Source: Salpingoeca rosetta (taxonomy: Eukaryota; Protista; Choanoflagellata). Taken from it: DNA of 64,000 nt. The stretch spans positions 689,431 to 753,430 of the forward strand of contig JAWQFM010000033.1 in assembly GCA_033442325.1 (NCBI GenBank), read 5' to 3'. The notes under the pieces are model-generated. The model saw only the letters and a program-made list of their open reading frames with translations, searched no databases and was not told the DNA's origin. The position numbers and the translations under genes are program-made. The number at the start of each line of letters is the position of its first letter. The first letter of the stretch is position 1. This document shows positions 55,207 to 64,000 of this stretch, piece by piece.

Positions 55207-55580
55207 TCTCAACTGCGCGGCTGCCTCCGTTATGATGGACGCCTGTGTATGACGGTGGTGTTGTGACGGTGGGGTAAGAGGTGATACCAGTCTGTGGCGG
55301 GGGGTGTGAGGGGGTGGGGGATTCGGTTGCTGCGTCGCAAGGCAGTGCTGTGTCAATGTGTGCTTGTGCATGCGCAATTGCAGAACCTTGGAAGCCACGC
55401 GGGTTTCAGTTCGCTTCAAGTCTCTCTGAAAAGAAAAGACGGGGGTGGATATTATGCACGAGAACATGAGGTGGGTGCGGGTATGAGCAACATCCTAGAA
55501 CATCGTGGCGGAAGCCGAAATCACAGCACGTGTTGTGGTGATTGCACCGTGGTGGTGGTAGTGGTGGTGGTGGCGACGAT

Positions 55581-55765
55581 GGTGATGGTTGGTGGCTGCG
55601 ATGGTTGTTGCTGTCTGTGGTGACTGTGGTCGGTGGTTGACGTACCACGCTGTTGCGTGAAGCCTGCTGGTGTCGACAGAACGGCGTTGCGGTGGTTGAA
55701 AGGGGTTAGGCAGAGAGTGTGGGTGAGCACAGAGGGTGAATGCAAACACTACACACACACGCACG

Positions 55766-55806
<41 letters not shown>

Positions 55807-56261
55807 GCAACTGTGTAGCAGCGGAGAAATGATAACGGCACTGTGATGGTGGTTGGTTGCTGCGGTGGTTGTTGCTGTCTGTGGTGACTGTGGTCGGTGG
55901 TTGACGCACCTGGCTGTTGCGTGAAGCCTGCTGGTGTCGACAGAACGGCGTTGTGGTGGTTGAAAGAGGTTGGGCAGAGAGTGTGGGTGAGCACAGAGGG
56001 TGAATGCAAACACTACACACACACGCACGCACACACAAGCAACTGTGTAGCAGCGGAGAAATGATAACGGCACTGTGATGGTGGTTGGTGGCTGCGGTGG
56101 TTGTTGCTGTCTGTGGTGACTGTGGTCGGTGGTTGACGTACCACGCTGTGGCGTGAAGCCTGCTGGTGTCGACAGAACGGCGTTGTGGTGGTTGAAAGGG
56201 GTTAGGCAGAGAGTGTGGGTGAGCACAGAGGGTTAATGCAAACATCACAAACACACGCACG

Positions 56262-56350
<89 letters not shown>

Positions 56351-56630
56351 GCACACACAAGCAACTGTGTAGCAGCGGAGAAATGATAACGGCACTGTGA
56401 TGGTGGTTGGTTGCTGCGATGGTTGTTGCTGTCTGTGGTGACTGTGGTCGGTGGCTGACGTACCACGCTGTTGCGTGAAGCCTGCTGGTGTCGACAGAAC
56501 GGCGTTGTGGTTGAAAGGGGTTGGGCAGATGGTGTAGGTGAGCACAGAGGGTGAATGCAAACATCACACACACACACACAAGCAGCTGTGTTGCAGAGGA
56601 GAAATGATAACGGCGCTGTGATGGTGGTTG
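55581..56630. repeat. Tandem repeat, 4 copies of ~220-320 bp (starts ~55581, 55843, 56075, 56397); length variation comes from an embedded (CA)n
   Basis: Repeated gttgttgctgtctgtggtgactgtggtcggtgg...gtgaagcctgctggtgtcgacagaacggcgttg...gagaaatgataacggc. Confidence 0.95.
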
Positions 56631-57215
56631 CACTGTGGTGGCGACGATAGTGATGCCGGTCTGCTTCTGCTGGCAGGACGAACACGTGTATCATGCAATC
56701 CAGCTTGTACTCGACAGACCATGAACACCTGCTGTTTCCGCTTACCCTTGAGGCCTGCTTATGTGCAACAGCACACTATTCAAGGAACGACAGGCACAGA
56801 GCAAACAGAAAGCAAGGAACATGTTGTGTTGTGTTTGAATGAGATCTTGAGATGCACTGGGCAGGGGAGGGAGTGCGTGTGTGTGTGTGTGTGTGTGTGC
56901 TGTGGCCAAGTGAACACGCAACACAGCAGCATGGTCGCATTCCTTTGTACGTACTGCGTTGAATGTCGCAGAGCTCATGCTGCCGGACATGGTGTCAGAA
57001 CAGGACTGGGCCAAGACAAAGGCGGGCACAAAGGCACAGGTAAACAGGAACGTGAGCCACACTGAGGTTGTGTGTGAAGTGAAGATGCACCACACAGAGA
57101 TATGCACATACACATACACGCATCAACACACACACACACTCTCTCTCTGTTCTTCCGCACAGGATGCAAAGAGTGGGAAACACAGTAACACAGACGGTGT
57201 GGAAAGAAAACGAGG

Positions 57216-57650
57216 AAGGCGGGAATCGACAAGGGCAAGCACGCCAGTGTCGACACACGGGCACAGACGACACAAGACACAAGTGTGTGCTCAATCACTT
57301 CCAAGGGATGATTCGCATAATCTAGAAGAAGAGATAGAGCGCGTGCGAGGGAGATAGAGCGCGCGCGATAAGAGAGAGCGCGCGAAACAGATAGAGAACA
57401 TAACCGAGAGCAGAGAGAGACTCCACATGAGACTGGGGGGGAGAGAGTGTGTGTGTGTGAACAGCAGCGCGAGACAAGGATGTGGACAAAGTAGAAAGAA
57501 AGTGAGAAAGGCGGGAATCGACACACAACAAACGTCAGGGTCGACACACGGGCACAGACGACACAAGACACAAGTGTGTGCTCAATCACTCCAAGGGATG
57601 ATCGCATAAGCAAGAGAACGAGATAGAGCGCGCGAGAGAAAGCGCGCGAA
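57216..57650. repeat. Direct duplication, ~290 bp period
   Basis: gtcgacacacgggcacagacgacacaagacacaagtgtgtgctcaatcact at ~57249 and ~57540. Confidence 0.9.
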
Positions 57651-58281
57651 ACAGAAAGAGCAAGACAGAGACAGAGAAACAGAAAGCGAAGAGAGACAGA
57701 GACTGAGAGACGGAAGGGGAAGACCGGGGATAGACAATGAAAGAGACAGAGACTGAGAGACACACGACAGCTCTGCACACACACACGCACACACACACAC
57801 ACACACACAGAGCACAGAGCACATACAACAACCTCTTCGTCGATGCGCCACAGCCCGCCTGAAACCGATCGTGCTTGCCACCCTTCGTGGTCTTCGTGTG
57901 GTTGGTTGGTTGGCTCGTGTTGGTTGTACTGGCTGGTCGAGGGTGGAATTGAACTTCGCAACAGGATTAGACAATGACGTCATCCTCGAATCTTTGCCAA
58001 CACGTGAATTGCTGAAAATTTGCTGAAATCTTACACCATTCCCAGTGCTCAGAGATGAGGGAAGCAATCAAAACCGAAAGTGTGCTCATTTCAGACAGGC
58101 GCTTGTATGAGTGGGTGACTGGGTGATGTGAGGGAGTGAATGTCTGCTACTGAATGCTTGAATGCTATGTGAGCGGCCCAAGGGCCTCAAGCGTTGACAG
58201 ACAGAAACCAACAAGATCAATAGAAACCAAGTGTCTCTGTGTGTGTGTGCGTGTGTATGTGTGCGTGTGTGTATATCTCCT

Positions 58282-58321
<40 letters not shown>

Positions 58322-58669
58322 CCCCCCCTTCCCCCCACTCGGCGCTGTTGCTGCTGTCATCCGCAACTAACCCATGGCCACTTTTACTCCCATCATGCTG
58401 TCAGATGCACAAAGTAATGTTATCATGTGACATCAAACAGAGCAAACGGGCATATGGCAGAGAGTAACGATCCCCTGAGAGAGCAGCGTCTCAACAGGAA
58501 GGAAGGCAAGGCCACGTCACGTGCGCACGACGCAGCACAACAGTGGACCACAGCCCAGCGCAACAGCAACTCCTCTTCATTGCACACACACACACATGCA
58601 CAAACACATATGCACACACACACACACACATCACCACGCCAATCAACCACGCCCCCCCCCTTGCCTCCA

Positions 58670-59321
58670 TCAGACGGGCTTGTCATCACCATGCGTGAGG
58701 TAGTAGTGCAATCGCCGCAACTGCTCCAGAAACACAAACGTGAGGATCGTTTGTGGGCCCAGACGCGTAAACGCAGGCACCATCCCCCTGAAGAAGGCGA
58801 GCGGTCCTTCCTGCTTGAGCGTCATGCCCGCACACTGCAGCGCGCTGCTGTATGTGCCCGGGGTCGCTGCCATCACGCGCGTCTTCACCACGTCGACCGG
58901 CTGTGTCAGCAGCGTGGCAACGCCACCGGCAAGCGTCGACGCCGTGAAGTGGGTGACGAGGTTGTCCTTGAACAGGCCGCCAGTTGTTGTCAGCAGCAGC
59001 TGCTTGAACGTGTCATATGAGGCGAGCTGCCCCGCCGTCATGAGCATGGCGCGAATCACGTTGGGCCCGAGCCCAGAGTACAACTTGCCAATGCCTTCCT
59101 CCCTGATGATGCGAACAAGGGCGTTGCCGACGTGTTTGTAGTTGCGGCGCTCGGCAGCCGGCAGCCGGCCATCATTCTGCATGCGCACGTTGCACACGTC
59201 CATGGGTGTGCCCACAATGCCACCGCACCCGCCCGCGGTCATGGCTGTTGCAAAGCGCTCGGCAGTCGTCAGCTGCCCGTCAGCCTTGCGGGCACTGAAT
59301 TCAGCCTTGAGAAAGTCGTAC

Positions 59322-59390
<69 letters not shown>

Positions 59391-59409
59391 GTGTGTGTGC
59401 GCGTATGTG

Positions 59410-59458
<49 letters not shown>

Positions 59459-59970
59459 GTAGAGTTGGGGAAGAGCGCGGAGAGAGGGTACAGGAATGGC
59501 GGTCGGTGAGCCACGAGTATGGACGCAGACAGGCACCACAGAGACAGAGCAGCAGGCAATCAGGGGAAAGGGGGTGTTGAATGGTTGGTGTCCTGCTGTG
59601 AAGGACAGTTGATAGAACAGGTGCGCAAGTCACGCTGCAACACACGCAAACACACGCTCTTGTCGAGAAAAACACACACACGCGCACACACGCACACATG
59701 CACACAGAAATACGCACACACACACGCACACACGCACACGGATGCACACAGGAACACACAGAAACACATGCAAGCGCACACACATGCACACATGTGTACA
59801 CGCAAAGATGGGCGCATTTGGATGCCACACCTGCAAAGCGGGTGGTGGAGTATGTGCCCTGCCTGCCCAGGGAGGCGGTGAGGCCACGGTAGAGTGCGCG
59901 GAACCCTTCATTGCGAACAAGAGCCACTGCCGTCTGCACGAGTCCGCGCGGCGCCGTCCCAGGCGCTGCT
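58670..59970 (-). CDS. SLC25A10: Mitochondrial dicarboxylate carrier; 5' exon(s) missing
   Basis: [25 protein letters not shown]; [23 protein letters not shown]; GQLASYD; [12 protein letters not shown]; [17 protein letters not shown]. Confidence 0.9.
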
Positions 59971-60144
59971 CAGGCCGGCACAAACACACAACCGTTGATG
60001 AGATACGGACAAGAGGCGGCGAGAGAGAGTGAGGGTGTGAGAGAGAGTGGTGTGTGAGTGTGTGTGTTGTTGGTCTTAAGTGTGTGTGTGTGAGATTGTG
60101 TTGGGATTGAAGAACAAAAACAACAGAGACCTGTGAGCTGCTAG

Positions 60145-60398
60145 TGTGATGTGAGGACTGGGCAGGCAACCAAGGTAGCATAAGGAAGGATAGGAATTGA
60201 TGGTAGGGGTAATAGAAGGGAAGTCTGAGGTAGATCGCAATAGGCATTGGACTTGACGAAATTGGTAGGAGTGGAATCGGACTGTAATGTTAAATAATGT
60301 GATGCCAGGGATTCGATTTGCAATCAGGTAAGAACTGGAGAGGCAAGGGAGAAGCCGAGCTGGGTAACATAAGCGTTTGATCAGGATTTGGTGTGCTG
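60145..60398. mobile_element. Probable LTR retrotransposon terminus running into an assembly gap
   Basis: Abrupt switch to lower-GC, microsatellite-free, non-coding sequence beginning TGTGATG (TG...CA-type end). No internal ORF or TSD is visible. Confidence 0.45.
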
Positions 60399-60498
60399 NN
60401 NNNNNNNNNNNNNNNNNNNNNNNNNNNNNNNNNNNNNNNNNNNNNNNNNNNNNNNNNNNNNNNNNNNNNNNNNNNNNNNNNNNNNNNNNNNNNNNNNN
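60399..60498. other. Assembly gap (100 N placeholder)
   Basis: N characters. Confidence 1.
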
Positions 60499-60510
60499 CA
60501 GCCAAGGCAA

Positions 60511-60541
<31 letters not shown>

Positions 60542-60805
60542 GGCGGCAAGCAGGGCGATGGCAAGGCGGGTCGCCGCGTGGTTGGTGAGCTGGTGACGCC
60601 AACAACACTGCAACACGCCGACGCACAGTTGCTACACCACCAACAGCAGCAACAGCAGCAGCAACAGGAAGATGCGGACGGACGTGTGCTGTATGAGCTG
60701 GTTGGCGCCGTGTTCCACATCAAGGACGAATTTGGAAACCAGCACTCTGTCTCCGTCGTCAAGGTGTGTGTGTGGGGGGGGGGGGACGTGTGTCCATGTG
60801 TGTGT

Positions 60806-60880
<75 letters not shown>

Positions 60881-61656
60881 TGTCTTCTGTGTTGCCGTGT
60901 CTTTGTCAAACTTGAACTCATGATATCTATGATCAAATACCAACAACAACAACACCACCAAAACCAAAACCACCACCGCCTCCCCCCCTGTGTACGATCG
61001 ATCGTGCACAGGTTCCGCACCCGTTCCTCCGGCACCGCGGTATTGGGCTGGCGTCGCAGTGGCTCATCTTCAACGACTTTGTTGTCTCCGTCGGCTCCCT
61101 CCGTGATGCCGTCATGTACGACATGGCATGGAAGGTGAGCGACGCACGTGTTTGTGTCATTGTGGCATTGTGGCATGCTTGAATGTCTCGGTGTCTCTGT
61201 ATGTGTGTATGTGTGTTATTGTGTCTGTGTGTGTATGTGTGTGATTGTGTCCTGTTTGTGTGCCTTGTCCCACCGCACAATCACGCTCCTCAACCCCTGA
61301 ACCACTGTGCACTTCACACACGTGTGTGCATACATGCAGGTGCCGTGTGTGTTCATGTATGCGCGGCCGGGGACGACGGCCTCGTTCTTCGATGCCGCCG
61401 TCCCGCCCGTGCACGTCTTCAAGCACCGACTCCTCACAGACAGGTGGGGAGACCTGGACGTGTCCGTTCGTTTGGTCGTTTGGTCGTTTGGTTTGGTCGT
61501 TTGGTCGTTTGGTCGTTTGGTCGTTTGGTCGTTTGGTCGTTTGGTCGTTGGTTTGTGCGTTTATGTGTGTGCTCTCGTGCGCTGACGCACTCGCACACAC
61601 ACACTCACACATCATCATCATCGTCATCATCGTCATCATCATCATCGTCATCATCG

Positions 61657-61687
<31 letters not shown>

Positions 61688-62088
61688 GGTCGTCATCATC
61701 GTCGTCGTCACAGGTCGCTGGCGCTGCGCATGAGTGCGCCGTCGTTCCACCAGCTGTCCGAGCACGATCTTCCGCAGGAGGGGGATCTTGTTGCCATTGA
61801 CGCAGAATTCGTCAGCCTGCGCAAGCAGGACGCAAAGATTCGGAGGTGGGCAAACGCTGGTGCGCCGTGACCCGAGGGGGGGGGCGCCGAGAGGGGTGCA
61901 AGAGGGGAGACAAGAGGATGGGTGCAAGAGGGGAGGCGAGGGGCACGTGGGCGCTGTGCTTTTGTGGAGTTTGTATTTTGTGCTCGCCGTCTTCTGTTAG
62001 TTGTATTGTCCGTGTCTCCGCAAACACACACACACGCACACGCACGCGAGCATGCGCATATACTCACCCATGCGCGAGCATGCACACT

Positions 62089-62126
<38 letters not shown>

Positions 62127-62407
62127 CTCACTCACACACGCACGCACTCTCGTTCTCTCTGAAATGTACGCCAGCACGCAAACGCGCAAGAACATCATCA
62201 AGCCTGCGCATCTTGCGTTGGCGCGGCTGAGTGTTGTCGCCGGCAGCGGACCGCTCACTGGCCGCGCCATAATCGACGACTACCTCACCATGACAGAACC
62301 GGTCCGTCGCCACACAGCATGACGTGTTGTGGCCGATGTATTTGTTTGTTTGTTTGTTTGTTTTTTTTTTGTTGTTGTTTTTTTGTTTGTTTGTGTTTGT
62401 TTGTTTG

Positions 62408-62445
<38 letters not shown>

Positions 62446-62656
62446 TGTGTATTTTGATGTCAGCGCTCGGCGCCTAACAGCACCGCCACATTGCATGGTA
62501 TAATCCCGCCGCACCAAACCAACCCACACGATGCAATCAAGGTTGTTGATTATGTGACGCGGTTCTCCGGCATCCGTGAAGAGGACCTGAATCCAGAGAC
62601 GTCTGCCCGCCACCTCACGCGGCTCAAGACAACATACTCAAAGGTACTGCACGCTG

Positions 62657-62703
<47 letters not shown>

Positions 62704-63270
62704 TACGGAAGAGCTCGATAGGCCTTGCGCTTGAGTTTGCTGATACACCACACAACACACCACCCGCACTCGCACACCATCACAATCACATCCCCTCCTT
62801 CCGCCACACGTATACACACGTGTGTGTGTGTGTGTGTGTGTCAGGTTCTGTTCCTTGCTGCGCTGGGTGTGCGGTTTGTCGGCCACGGCCTTCGAAAAGA
62901 CTTTCGTGTGATCAACGTGGTACTGCCGCCAGAACAAGTCTTCGACACCGTCGACCTCTTCTACAAACCGTGCGTTTGTCATTGTCATCATCATGGTCTC
63001 TGTCGTTGTCGTTGTTGTTGTCGCTGTCATCATCATGGTCTCTGTCGTTGCGGATGCAGTGTGAATGTCGACGCCACACAGTGTGTGGAGGCGTTGTGTA
63101 TGTGGCGTGTGACAGCGTGTCGTATGTGCGTTTTCTGCCATGTGCACGCACGCAACTGCTACTCATCGTCTCTCCCCCTCCCACACAATATCTACCACAT
63201 GTCCCACCACGCCACATGTCCCGCCTCACCCCTTCCACCCCTGTATCCACCACCACCACCACTCGTCTGT

Positions 63271-63352
<82 letters not shown>

Positions 63353-63870
63353 TCCCTCTCTATCTCTCTCTCCCTCTCCCTCTCTATCTCTCTCTCCCTC
63401 TCTCCCTCACACGCACACACACTCACATCGATACAGTGACTCACGGCGGCTGTCGCTCAAGTTTCTGGCGTGGTATTTCCTGGACATATACACGCAGCTC
63501 TCAGACACCATTGGCCACGACAGTATTGAGGACTCGCTCACTGCACTCAAGGCAAGCGTGATATGCTTTTTGTGTGCGTGGGAGGGGGTGTGAGTTGTTG
63601 TTGCCGAGGTCGCTTGCTTTGGTTTGCTTTGGTTACATGTGCTTTGTTGTGTGTTTGGCTCGTGGTTAGGTATGGTTTGCTCGCACGCCACCCATCTGCC
63701 CATAACACCACAACGCCCTCCTCGCCCTTCTTTCCCTCTTTAAACCCGCAAACCACCCCCACCCCCCCCCCCCTCCCCAAAACAAAAACCCCTTGATATT
63801 CGGTGACAGCTGTACTTCAAATACGTGGAGCTGTCCCGCAACCGCGACGCCTGGTTCATCATCCTTGACG
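60499..63870 (+). CDS. PAN2: PAN2 poly(A) deadenylase catalytic subunit, partial (end of UCH-like domain + DEDD exonuclease); continues past the window
   Basis: [10 protein letters not shown]; WLIFNDF; WK-VPCVFMY; [11 protein letters not shown]; LARLSVV; IDDY; [11 protein letters not shown]; [14 protein letters not shown]; [13 protein letters not shown]; [14 protein letters not shown]. Confidence 0.95.
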
Positions 63871-63892
63871 TACGCACTCAGATGGCTGGGGC

Positions 63893-63979
<87 letters not shown>

Positions 63980-64000
63980 TACACAGCTGAGTGTGTGTGT

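Larger units (their letters stand above)
54370..57039 (+). pseudogene. Exostosin-like (GT47, EXT1-type) glycosyltransferase remnant (exons 54370-54496, 54687-54753, 54918-55101, possibly ~56971-57039)
   Basis: VSMSLFS..RNILVTFR..DAMRNHLPKLHNGRGIVLVCAC..C..EEF..TKFGLIVEGLGYHSFR parallels recalled EXT1 [50 protein letters not shown]. At least 3 frameshifts; splice sites remain intact. Confidence 0.75.

Noticed and set aside
55581-56630. Possible CRISPR-like array
   Set aside because: Units are >200 bp, the variable part is only (CA)n length, there are no unique spacers or cas genes, and the context is eukaryotic.
57940-58110. Lower-GC segment with a ttgctgaaa direct repeat as a possible transposon end of the mosaic
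   Set aside because: I found no matching inverted repeat, TSD or Helitron hairpin by eye.

Overview
Eukaryotic, GC-rich, intron-rich DNA whose introns are packed with (CA)n/(GT)n/(GA)n microsatellites. The style and gene families suggest the choanoflagellate Salpingoeca rosetta (inference). Most listed six-frame ORFs are microsatellite artefacts, so gene models were rebuilt by hand from splice sites. Left to right: fatty-acid-hydroxylase-family gene (partial), AP-1 gamma adaptin, Nup35/Nup53, an STMND1-like stathmin, a secreted Sushi-EGF-coiled-coil fibre protein, a 92-aa Cys-rich protein, and a mirror-arranged cluster of two intronless F-box-like/LRR paralogues flanking two large SEA-type membrane proteins. 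Next come a HET/TIR-like-TPR-PH gene and a ~9 kb mosaic of decayed fragments of unrelated genes (FANCD2, Cys-rich receptor, GH3, beta-propeller, exostosin). The window ends with the mitochondrial dicarboxylate carrier, a probable LTR end at an assembly gap, and PAN2 (partial). The best candidates for something new are: (1) a kinase-less receptor whose cytoplasmic tail is built from seven consecutive frame-symmetric exons, each carrying exactly one tyrosine motif; (2) the gene-fragment mosaic; (3) the HET/TIR-TPR-PH receptor-like protein; (4) microsatellites acting as splice-site elements. All family assignments come from recalled motifs, not database searches.
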